In this document: positions 34,861 through 46,579 of the stretch, piece after piece | Layout of the letters: each line of letters opens with the position of its first letter | Numbering within the stretch: the stretch's first letter is position 1 | NCBI GenBank assembly: GCA_030390025.1 | Contig: CM059432.1 | Location: forward strand, 70,868,001 to 70,932,000 | Length of the DNA: 64,000 bases | Direction: 5' to 3' | Origin: Squalus acanthias | Taxonomy: Eukaryota | Notes under the pieces: model-generated | Told to the model about the DNA's origin: nothing | Database searches by the model: none | What the model saw: the letters and a program-made list of their open reading frames with translations, nothing else | Program-made: the position numbers and the translations under genes

Positions 34861-37800
34861 GATTCAAGCTCTTTCTTTCCTTTCCCTACCCCCAAAAAGA
34901 TAAATTAATCAAAACTCTGTAATATCCATCCTGCTTCATATCCCACAATATTCATGCTTAAATTCACTGGCATGGCACATCCAATGTCCAAGAACCTCCC
35001 AACCTGATAGTCACCTTTAACATGTTAAATTAACACAACATTAAGTGAATTTACAAGTCTGTTCCACATATCCATTATGCCATGGGAAAAAATACTCCTA
35101 ATCTGAAGTTTTGTTCGAGTCTCATCAATTTTGTACTCAGATTTATTTAAAAAGAAACAGTTTTCTTCAGTAAAAAGAGTTCAATCCCAAGTCGCTCTTC
35201 ATAACTTAAGAAGTCTGAAGCCTAGACTTATTTTTGTTGCTTTTCTTCAAACCCTCTTCATAGCATTAATTTCTGGTTGAAGCTAGGATGCCCATATGAA
35301 CATGTAATATTCAAAATATGGAAAATTAGAATAGTTTGTTTTTAGGTATAATCAAACTTGCTTTGAGATGCTTTCTATTATATGATTGGCCCAATAACAG
35401 CTTTGCATTGACTGAACAATCAATTGTCACATCTAAATCAGATTTTCTTCTCTACCTTAATTATAAGACACTCCTTAATCTAGTGCTTATTTCAAATTTC
35501 CTGCGTCAGCAATCAGAACCTTCTATTTATATCTACATTAAAATCAATCTGTCATTCTTTAGGCCACCTGCTTAATTGGTCCAGATTACTCAATGCCAAA
35601 ATTACTCAATCATTCCTGGCTGCATTGTTTAGTGTTAAAAACAAATGCTATATAATACACAAGTACACTCCTCCATACTATTTAGGCATAGTATGAATAG
35701 AACAGATGGGGACCCCTAACAAAGCTCTGCAGAACTCTGCTAATCACTGCCCAAAGAAACCTTCTTTTCATTTTTAGCACTTATTGTAAAGCCAGTTTCA
35801 ATCCAGTTACATTTTATGCCACTAATTCCATGAACCTTAATCTACTTTATACTTTTAAACATGTTAGATTGGGCTAGAGTTTAAATTAACATGGTAAAAT
35901 TAGTCAGCACAAAACAACATAACAATTCCTTTTTAGCAGCACAGATTGCAAAAAGAAAGGCAAAACGGGAAAATGATGAAGGCTATATGTTCTAAATATA
36001 TTCAATATGTAGTATACCTAAAGTATTAATTAGACACACATGACTGGTTGACATAAACCCACTAAGCAGAGTGTACATAATGTCTGCAAAGTGACAAATA
36101 TAATATTTTTCCAGCCACTATTCAGAGACAAATGCTTATTTTACTGACTTACATACAGCAAGACATAATTAATGTTAAATAGTCAGAGAAAATTTTTGCA
36201 AAATTAGTTTTGTAGCAGAGGTAGGGAGAGAGAAGAGGCTAGTACCTCCAGACGGATCTCTCAGATATTTACTTTTCATATTACGTTTGTGCCTTTTACA
36301 TCAGAAGAATTATCAGATACACATGTTCAACACAAATAGTTAAAGAGATGGATAGGGAAAATTTAAAGCCTTCAAAATATGTAATTTATGGGGATTTTAT
36401 TATTTCATACATCCAGTGAAGAGAGGGGTATATAGTAAACTATTTTATGACATCAAATAATATCCCACTGCCTTACTTAAAGCATCAAGCCATTGGTGTC
36501 TTATTGCTATAAAGATTCAGTGACCAGCTGTGACATGCCAACATATTTATCCAATCTGGTCAAGTTATTATTGCTCATCAAAATCATCTTCTAAGTTGTT
36601 CTCATTATTCACACTTAGCAAGACCATTGAAATGTTCCATGCTATCGAAAGATATATTCTCCCAGAAGAACTGCAGTCTTCACAGGGATAATGCTATGTA
36701 GACAAACCACACACAACTATGAGTGGTGTTTGAAAATTAGAATGCTATTCCTGCAAACCACTAAGCAGCACTAATCAAAGTGTGATCCAAGTACAAATCA
36801 AAGCTTATCTTTAAATTAATAAGTGCTACATAAAATTGCAATGCTGGGATTAACTTGCAATATTTCCAGTATTTTGATACTTTAATTAGGAAAGCACTGG
36901 AACTTTGTCATTTCTCAGTGCAATATTTACCTAGAATAGGAGTTCCAACCTTGTGAAAGTAACTACTAGTAGATTCAAGTTCCTAAATGCTATTAACTTG
37001 TATAGCTCTTAAATTAATTGATGTCACTTCTGAAAATTATCTGGACATTCTAAGCCATTATCTGATAAAGTGAATTGTGATTAAAATTAGGGAGCCACAA
37101 ATGTAGTCATCAACATCTGAGCAGTAATGGCCAAATATAAAATCTCAAATGTGTTCCACTGATCCATTATATTTTGAGAGACTCATTGTGGACTGAATAC
37201 AATCCATCAAAAGGGGCCATTCGCTTGGTCGGTGCTAACTCTTCAACCAAAGTCATCTACTCTAACCCCATTTCCCTGCACTTACCCTGAATCCTTTTAT
37301 ATTCTTCCTTTACAAAACTTATCCAATTCCCTTTTAAATGATGTTAGAAATTTTTATTTTGCAAAAGGGCAAGGAAAAATTGCCTGTGGCACAGATGCTC
37401 CCATGTGAGGGCTGGTCTCACTGATTTTTTTCAAGGTACACCTCTTCATTTCCATATGCTCCCAAACCTGGAAACATGCACAGAGAGGCAAGACTGCATT
37501 TGGATTGACTGAAAGTCACAAAGTTGGATGAGCCAGCAGCTCTTAAAGGGCTGTTGCTCAGTATTAATACTTTGCTGCCTTGCATTGAAAGGAAGTTTGG
37601 AAGCCTATAATTGCTGAAATATGCACAGAGGACTGTACCCAGGACTTCTGCATTTAGTAACAATTCCTTGGAGATTTTAACACAGAAGTTACAGCAAAAG
37701 AATGTGGCATGTTTTGATGACAAAGGCCACCCATCAGTTAAAACACAGGTGTCAGCTGCATGGAGAGGTAATGGAGTGAGTGAATGCAGTCTCCCACATC

Positions 37801-38677
37801 TGTTGCACCTAGGATCAAATGTGCAAGATGTTCAGTGGCATCAGGAGAAGTGCCAAAGTAGCGGTACCTATCTTCCACCTTTGTTTACTCGTCAGCCACA
37901 GTAAGTTGTGGTTCCAATGTAAACGTTCTATCTCCTGCACCCATAGGGAGATAGCATACAGAGAACATGTACTTTGTTTTTGTGACACTTGTTCATACAA
38001 CACAACCCGTAGGTTACCTTGCACCTAGCAGCTCAAAGTTTAGCTCAAAAAGAGTGCTGCCAATCAAAACACCATGCAATCTAATTTGCAAAGTCCTGGC
38101 AGTAGGAGGGAGGTTAAATGGGCTCAGGGTGCTGAGGGAGTTGTTCATCATCTTAAATATGCTCTGCTTACAGGACAATGCAGCATAACAGCTAGAAAAG
38201 GGGGACTAGGTCAAGCAGTGGCTTAAGCTGGTCACCCTCAATAAGCAGATGGTCTTGGCCCTTTTTGGCTATGAATCTGTGAAAGAGATGTGCAAGGGAA
38301 AGTTAGAAAACTTAGTGACACCACCCCAGCAAGTATCCCCATTTATTATCCTTTCTTAACTGACTTATTTTCTTAATCCTCATGGCAAGGGCTACAATTG
38401 CAAAGCAGTCAAACCATGACACACAAAATGATTTATGATCACACCTCTCTGAAGGCATTGTCTTGGGGAATCTTTTTTCCAAGGTGAAATGGGAGCAAGT
38501 GGCACCATGGACTTCACAATAGTTCCCCTGCCCTCAGCATAGATACTAGCACACTAGAGCATGTAGCGACCGAGTGTGAGGAAAGTGCACAACTGGAGGT
38601 TGCAGGAGAGGATGAAGACAGAGCTGGTCAGGTTGGGAGCATACAAGGTACGTCTACTCTATGGACAAAACATTGGT

Positions 38678-40301
38678 TGTGAAGGAATAGCCAGGATTCA
38701 GAAAAATACACGATACTAAGAACAGATTTCTGAAATTATTAATAAATTACATACTGGGTTTAAAAGACATAAGCCTTAGCAGACAAGGCTGCAGGCAGAA
38801 ATACAGGCTTCTGAGATAAAGATCAGTTGTTAAACAAAGTTGTAAAACACCACAAGCTTTGAAATGGGAATTAGTTAAAAATACTAAAACAATGCCCTAT
38901 TGAAGCAAACCATCGGAGGTTCCGCTATGTCTGAACATTGGAACCAACACAATGGAATCACCCAGTTTAAAGTGTCAAAAGCTAACAATGATGCAAACAG
39001 AAACTTAGAATATTAAACAACCATAAGCCTTCATAATATATCAAATAAGACAGGAAACAATTAAATATGCAACCAATTGAGATAGCTAGAAAACAAGTAA
39101 ACACTGAGTTAAAGTGTTTTCAATTTACAAATTGTAAATATGATACCTACAGAAGGCTTTGAAGAAATGACATCAAGTAAAAGAAACGCCTGCTGAACAA
39201 ATAGTTTTAATGTTAAGCTTGAACTATGGAGTCCCGAGGTCTGATTAAAAACCAACTGAAGTAAATAAGAAATGTATGGAACACTCTAGATGAAGTATTT
39301 ACAAGTTGTAAAATATACCTACAGAAAGACTTTGAAAATGACATCAATGGATACACCAAGCAATTACATTGTTCTTGTATTGAACTTGGAATACCACGGA
39401 GTCACAACGTCTGATAATAACCAGTTAAAGTAGTATTAGAAATTCAATAGAAAGACTTCCTAAGAATTGCATCAAACAGAAACCATTGCTGTCATTATGT
39501 TTATGATGGTTTTTGAAACATCTAAGGTAGAGACATAATTATGCATGCAATGGCTAAATTGACAGTAAAGACAGAAAGCATTCAACAGAGATATCAATAA
39601 AGAATAGAACAAAGTCAGCAAAGAATGACTTGATACAATTAGCTTACATCATCAGGAAAACTTCAAAGGATAAACCACCCAAAAAAGATATAAAAATAAG
39701 AGCTTTTCAAATGGAAAGTCAGAAGTCGCTGGGAAGACAAGCGTTTCTCAACTTCACAGACATGCTCTGTAAGTTTTTAACTTTTGAGTCTCGGGTAATC
39801 AAGGTATTTGATTTGGTGGATATTCTGGATTAAGAAATAAGTAGAAGTATGGAAATGTAACGAAGTTAAGATTTGAGAATAAGGATCTCTGATAAGAAAT
39901 AGAAGCTATTTGTATTTTGAACGATTAAAGTTGCAATTGCCATAGCAGCTGTTTACTAATTGTCGGTTCTTTAATAAATCTATATATTTTTAGAATAGTC
40001 TCTCAGAGTATTTTGTATCATCTTGCGAACTCAAATTTCTGTACACTCAAAGGAGTTGCAGAATTCTGGGGGGGTATTCCGGACGGTTACAGTCAAGTTA
40101 AACTTATTAAAAGTACTATCCGGAGGACGGTAACATCTTTAGACCGTTTCTTTCCTTTAGGGAGAGGTAGTCTGACCTTTAGACCCAATTAAGCGTCTTA
40201 TGGGATCCGGCTACCGCTAACTTTAGTTGAAGGTAAACGTCTGGGGAATACACCTGATCTGGGGTAGTCCGAAAGGGCTAGGACTTGTAATTATCCCTTC
40301 A
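38678..40301 (+). mobile_element. Solo LTR, 1624 bp (ERV-like)
   Basis: TGTGAAGG...CCTTCA termini, 4-bp TSD tggt (38674-38677, 40302-40305), TATAAAA 39689, AATAAA 39973. Confidence 0.78.
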
Positions 40302-40546
40302 TGGTATCCCACTGAACCGGACTTCAGACACAAGCTAATGTAGAAGCAAAAGACATTTTTCACATCCTTTGAATCTACTGTGAGCAGCCTGCAGCAGCTG
40401 GTGCAGAATGTGCAGTGATGCACCTCTTAACACGTGGGATTTATGGGAATTCAAAGTACCAGAGTGAGTGCAATCTTCAGTCAACTGAAGAGGAGCACAA
40501 AACGGAACATGTGCTGAACAACTTGCTCTCAAGAAATATGTGACTG

Positions 40547-41170
40547 TGTTGGAACATGGAGAAGGAAGAGGCAGAGAGCTTGATGGGAAATTAAGTTAGC
40601 TTAGCATACAAAATAGGTGGGAAACTAAAAGCTAGTCTAGCATAGAGAATAGGAAACATTATTGCGAGATAGATTGCATGTGCATGCAATTGATTGAAAT
40701 AAAGCATTGTGCCTGTACTCTGGCAGCCTGCCAGAAGGCGGCTTTTTGGCTGTAAAAGTTTGAAAGACAAAAGTAGTTATTAAAATGCAGCTGCTGTTCA
40801 CACAGAAAGCAGACAGATAAAATGATGAAGACAGTCGAGATAAGGGGATGCTACGTGCAGGATTGCCTCGACCTTGGTTCAGTCAGTTAAGTCAGGTGAC
40901 ACAGGAATCCAATCAAGGGAGAAGAGGCAGATTCAATTTTACTCGGGAGACAAGAAGCATAAAGAGAGACATTTTGTGCTTAGAAAAGTTAATGCAGCAA
41001 AAGAAATGAATGTCTACATTTCTGTATTCATAGCTGTTTAATCTACTTCGTTTGTAAAGTACTTTGCATGCTGATTGATGAAATAAAGGTATCGAACCTG
41101 AAGCACAAATAACTTCATTACTACTTGAGTAAAAAAACAACCTAGGTCTTTGTGGGTCTTTTTACCAACA
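40547..41170 (+). mobile_element. Solo LTR, 624 bp
   Basis: TGTTGG...CCAACA termini, 5-bp near-TSD gactg/gattg, AATAAA at 41082. Confidence 0.68.
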
Positions 41171-42140
41171 GATTGGCACCACTAAGACCTTGGGCCCCCA
41201 CTTACACAAGTGTCACTGGTGGATTTGTCAGACTGGATGATCAGTTGGAAAGAGTGTTGATGAGACAAACTGTACAGACAGCTCTTGTATAGGGTATAGG
41301 TCATTGGTCATCCAGCTGGGGTGTCCAGTACCAGAAGGCGTCTCAATAGAAGTCTCCCAATGAGGAAATTTTAGGAGGTCAGCACATACTCCCACTCCAG
41401 CTAGACTCCTCAAAAGATTGATGTAGTGCCAGACGGCAGACAGGCCCTGGCAACCATGGAGCTGTTGGACGTGACTCCATCTGTTGCATGAACATCTCAT
41501 GTGCAATACAGCCAGACGTCCAGGTAACCACCATCCCAATAGATCATACTACCCTACACAACTTGCACATCACAGTTGCTCCTCCCACTCAAGGAGCACT
41601 TAGACACAGCCTTAGATTACAGATTAGGACCAGCACTCTTCACCAGGGGAAGCACTGGTGTAGAGCTGAGAGCACATAATTATTTGTTTTGTGTTACTTG
41701 CATATTGATCTTTTTATTTCTCTTTTGTGTCGAAAGTTTTTAATTGGGTGGGGCCATGAAAAGATAATCAGTGCTGGAAGGGGCCAGTTTGTTCTAATTG
41801 TGGTCATCAGCCAAAGGGTTGTCTTGTTCATTCTCTCTGGGCCTTCAAATAATGCAGGCACCACAGAATGCTGCATAATAAAAGCATCATGCTCCCAAGA
41901 TAATGATCATTAACATGCAGACAAACATTCCTGTGGTCAGAAACCACCTAAGTATTTATGGAGTGATATCCTTTCCTGTTCATGTATGTATTGGGGTTTA
42001 CACATGGAGCCGAATGCCCATCTGAGTTCCATCTATTCTGCACTGGACGCTTAGGAAGCCCGTCAGCCACTAAAAGTTCTGCCCATTGCAATTACCGGCT
42101 TTGCTTCATTACCCAGAATCGGATCGAGCATTGCGTCTGT

Positions 42141-42348
42141 TCATGGAACTCACTGCCTGAAAGGGTGGTAGAGGCAGGAACCCTCACAACATTCAAGAAG
42201 CATTTAGATGAGCACTTGAAACGCCATAGCATACAAGGCTACGGACCAAGTGCTTGAAAATGGGATTAGAATAGACAGGGCTTGATGGCCGACGCAGACA
42301 CGATGGGCCGAAGGGCTTCTTTCTGTGCTGTATAACTCTATGACTCTA
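42141..42348 (+). mobile_element. CR1 3' end
   Basis: WNSLPERVVEAGTLTTFKKHLD; (atgactct)-type tail. Confidence 0.85.
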
Positions 42349-42452
42349 TTCATTGCTGTGTGGAGTTCATACAATTTCATTATTTTATATTCTTGCATGC
42401 AGTAGCACCCCAATTACAAAGTTTAACTACAATCTTAATATGCAGGCATAAT

Positions 42453-43216
42453 GGGCCAGAAATTCAGCTCTCCGGCTTCCCACGGGTGCAAGAATCACGC
42501 GCGTACTTACCTAGCGCGCCTGCCATTGTGCTTCGGGCCCGCGTGGAATTCGGCTCCTGGGCCTCCTGCAGCTGCTGGTGCGCAGTGCTTGCGTATCCCA
42601 GGGGCGCAGTTAGTTCGAAGCGACCCTGGGACCACGTGGGCCATGGAGAGCCAATCGGAGCAGGGAATCTTAATTCATAGATTTGACAGGTCTTCCTGTC
42701 AAAATCTATGAATAGAGATCGGCCCCAAAACCTCACTAAAACTTCAAATAAATTTAAAAAAACCATCACATTTTTAAAATAACTATAAATTACATAAATT
42801 AACTACTTTAAACAAAAATTTAAATTTTTGAAAAAATTAATTACACTTTTTAACGGTGCTAAAAAATAAACTTACCTTTCTTTAAAGTATGTAAAAAAGA
42901 TAAACCTGTTGAAAAAATGTTTAAATTGTACTTAATTCACCACTTACCTTGTTAAAAGCAGGCCTTGCGCCTCCTTTTTTCCTGCGCAGCTTCTCTGTAT
43001 TTACCCTCACGGAGAAACCTGAAAAAAAAACGAAGTTCGCTGCGTGCGCGCTGCCTCTCCGGCGCACGCGTTCGACCTCTGAACCCTTTCCTTCAGGGGA
43101 ACGGAAGTTCCGGTTTCCAGCGCATGCGCAGTGCATGCGCGAAACCGGCACTTTCGTTGGGTCTACGGGTGAGTACACAGCGCGTACTCATCCGTGGAGA
43201 CCCGAATTTCTGGCAT
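42453..43216. mobile_element. Harbinger-type MITE family M2, copy A
   Basis: TIR gggccagaaatt / aatttctggc; GC-rich arms, AT-rich core; inverted homolog of 52922-53688. Confidence 0.82.
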
Positions 43217-43453
43217 AAAGTGAAGCAGTTACTTATAATTGGTCATGTTTTGACAATGTTGTATTCGTGCACTATTGTGTACAATCACTAGTTGTTTGCC
43301 AAACAGGAGTCTTCATGTAGAAGAAAAATTGTGTCATGACAAGCAGTTGCAGTAATAGAGATTTATCACATTCAAGGCTTAGACTGCTTAAAAGACAGCA
43401 CAAAAATGAATTGCAGAACTACTGCATCGCAGACAGAGATAAATTGTACTTAC

Positions 43454-43579
43454 TTTTTAACAGCAAGCATAAAATATAGGCTTCGTGGCATCACAAGAAG
43501 CACTTGTTCCCGTAAAATGGCATCCGTAATCTTTTTGGCAGCGTAATTTTGATCTAAGATGGGAAGAAGATGTGGCCAC
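43454..43579 (-). CDS. SDR16C5: SDR16C5-like coding exon (126 nt, phase 2-2)
   Basis: WPHLLPILDQNYAAKKITDAILREQVLLVMPRSLYFMLAVK(N); acceptor tttctctacag, donor gtaagt. Confidence 0.92.
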
Positions 43580-45155
43580 CTGTAGAGAAATTGAATATAG
43601 ATTACGAGATAAAAGCTGTGGTTCGATTGTTCACAATTTGTCTATTAAAATAAATCAATAATTCAGGTCTTCAAGGAGTAGAATAAAGGTGGTCAACCAC
43701 CCAAAAATAGTTTATTAGAAATCCTGCTAAAATATATATTAAAAAAGCAGACGTTTTCTCCAAAATTGTTCATCAGGATCTCCCTGCTGACAACAGCAAA
43801 GTTTTTTTTTGCCAGTGGTATCCATTAGCTGCACCAAAACAGTAGCAGTAAATCTGTGATACTACCAGATCGAGGAGTCTCCCTCAATGCAATAAAGGCT
43901 TCTGAGCACTTTTTGGGGCTAAACAGAAGTAAGCAATTTGGCAATATGAACATGCCACCAGCAGAGGGAGGGAAGGCTCTCTGCAAGCCTTCAAGAGGGA
44001 GCTGGGCCGGTTCTTGGCTGAGGCAGAGATCAAATTGTATAAAAGTTAAGTGGATTTAAAGTTAACGTATGCAGGGTCAACGTGATCTCCTGGACTCGTT
44101 TTGATCGCTTGAGTGGGTCGGAGAGGAATTTTCCAGATTTTTTGCCTTATTGGTCCTGGTTTTTCTGCCTCTCCCAGGAGATTGTATACCAGAGGGGGGT
44201 TAGGAATGGTCTAGTCATGATGCTCCAGGCATGAGTGTGGGGTAGGCTTGATGGACCAGCTGTCTTCTCCTACATGTAATTTTCATATGTTAACTGTGTA
44301 TTCACCTTTTCTTATCCAAGCTTGAATACATGTAATGCTAAACATTTTTCTGGGATGTAGTTTGTCTATTTCCTTTGGAATCTTAAATACCTTAATAAGA
44401 TCACCTCAATACCACCCTCTCCCCAAATCGGGCAAAAGTAAACATCCTAGTACCCTGGAATCCATTCATCAACATAATTGACCTTCTTTGTATTCCCTCA
44501 AAAGGCCAAGATGTCCTCTTGTGACACAGTGTCCGGAACTGTACACTCATGCAGGGAGTGGAACAGTATTTTATACAGACTATCACGGTGTGCTCTATGC
44601 CTCAAACTAGACATTCTAAGTTCCTACTTTCACAACACATGGCACCACATTATGACGGTGGTTTAAGAGTGTTTACCACTAAAACTTTCATATCCCTCTT
44701 CTGTGTGGTTTCCTGTATTCCCACTGTTTGTTTTCATTCCCCAGCCTCATGATTTTGTATTTCGGTACAAGAAAATATATCCTCCACTTTGTGGCCTAAA
44801 AATCCCTCAGCAAATGTTCTACTTCTTCATTACTATTTATGGCCCTCCCAATTTGGTGTAATTGTCAAACTTTGACAGTTTTGTTACTGTTCCTTCCTCA
44901 AAATTATTTATATACACCGAAAATAACAATGGCCCCAGAACTGATTCCTTCAGCACCCTGTTAATCACCTTTTCATAAAGCAATAGACATACCATTTAAC
45001 AGGTAAATGAATAGTATTCAGAGCAAAACAATTATAATTTATTATTCTCCTTGATTCATATCAAAACAATAAAGACACTTCCCTCGAGTTCTCTTTCAAA
45101 TTAACTAGTTCCCAAAAAACGAAGCTCACTTCTTATATGCAAAACTAGAGTCATT

Positions 45156-45917
45156 GGGCTGGATTTTGTCTTGGGGTCGGGTTGGGGTCGTGTTACCCAC
45201 ATTTCGTGTTGCCCCCCCCGACTCCAGATTAAAAATGCAATTTTCACTTAATTGGGTAATTGAGTTCCAGCATGTGGGAACCCATGAACCAATTAGTGGT
45301 TTCAGTCTGAAAGTCGCCTCTGATGATGGCATCATTGCAGGTCAGAGACTGCCTGGCTTTTGGTGTGAGAGGACCTGGATGCAAAATGAGCAGCAGCTCT
45401 AAGGACAGAGAGAGAAAGAAAGAGAGAGAAAGAGAAAGAGAAAAAGAGAAAGAGAATTTTTTTGCATCCAGGTCCTCTCACAGCAAAGGCCAGGCAGTTT
45501 CTGAAGACATTCAATGCAGCAGCATCAGAGGCGACTTTCAGACCTAATACTACTACTACCTTCATCACATCTCTGTTGTAATAGTAGACCTGCAGCTGAT
45601 AGTCAGCTATCCACTTGTGCTCCCGCCAGGTTTCACTGGCGTGTTTCACATCAGGCATACTTCATGTCGGAAAAGGGTTAAACTAACTAAAACGTTTCAA
45701 AATGGCATTGCAGAGCCAATTTAGGGATAGTTAAGAGCGTTAATGGCCTCTCGCGCCTCTTGGAGGCGGGACGGAGTCGGGAACCCCGCGACCCATTTTG
45801 TCAAAATTGCGTGGAGGCATGTTGGAGTCGGGATGGGGTCGGGACCCCCGAATCTGCTACTTTAACCCCCCCACACGCCTCCAAACCCGACTCCATGGGT
45901 CATTCAAAATCCAGCCC
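45156..45917. mobile_element. Harbinger-type MITE family M1, copy 2
   Basis: Same TIRs and att TSD as 27299-28022; internal hairpin with AG-rich loop. Confidence 0.88.
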
Positions 45918-46579
45918 ATTGACTCTCTGCTGGCTGAAGACAATAGACTGCCTTCGGAGGTCAAATCACCCACAGGAGTATCATTCCAAATCTTTTGAAG
46001 GTGTACTGAAACAAAGCCCTTTCACAAAAAACTGCATTTTCTGTAATTATATCAGATAACAATTCTTTGTCAATTGCATAGTAAGTTTGTATGCCAGTTG
46101 AAGTACCTATGATAGTTGGAATTTAATACTTTGCCCATCCAGCCATCGAAGAGTAAACAGGTACAACCCAAGGCCTCTACATTCAAATTGACACGGATAT
46201 ATTAAAACCATCTTAGTTTCAAGAGGAATCCGTCACAAACTCGTATTCAATTCCTTATCGATCCTTTTTCAGGCAGCTGTCTGGGTTCCAATTCATGTAC
46301 AATTCATAGCAGCAATCAGATGATGCAAACCAAGGACTTCAAGATCTACATGTTTCTGCTTGGGCAAAACTATGGCAGGTGGAGTTCAATATGGGAGCTC
46401 AGAGAAAAATGATACAGAATATTTTCTTAATATTGAGAAGCTAGGAGCTGTGGAACAGTGTGGGATTTAGGTATTCATGTACACAAATCATCCAGTTTTT
46501 GGATATCAAACCTCAGGAAGGATATACTGGCCTTCGAGTGAGTACAGCAGTTTCACCAGAATGATACCAGGGCTTTTAC

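Larger units (their letters stand above)
37400..41950. mobile_element. Old decayed Harbinger remnant (Myb-like pieces on +, transposase pieces on -) hosting two solo LTRs
   Basis: VPALFEGP..WLMT remnant (41694-41876) and other short Harbinger-like remnants; boundaries approximate. Confidence 0.45.

Noticed and set aside
40253..40285. ctgatct...gaaa in the LTR U5 as a hammerhead
   Set aside because: Lacks the CTGANGA core; only a GAAA hairpin is supported
43958..43970. CTCF-like motif CCAGCAGAGGGAG
   Set aside because: Single imperfect match expected by chance in 64 kb
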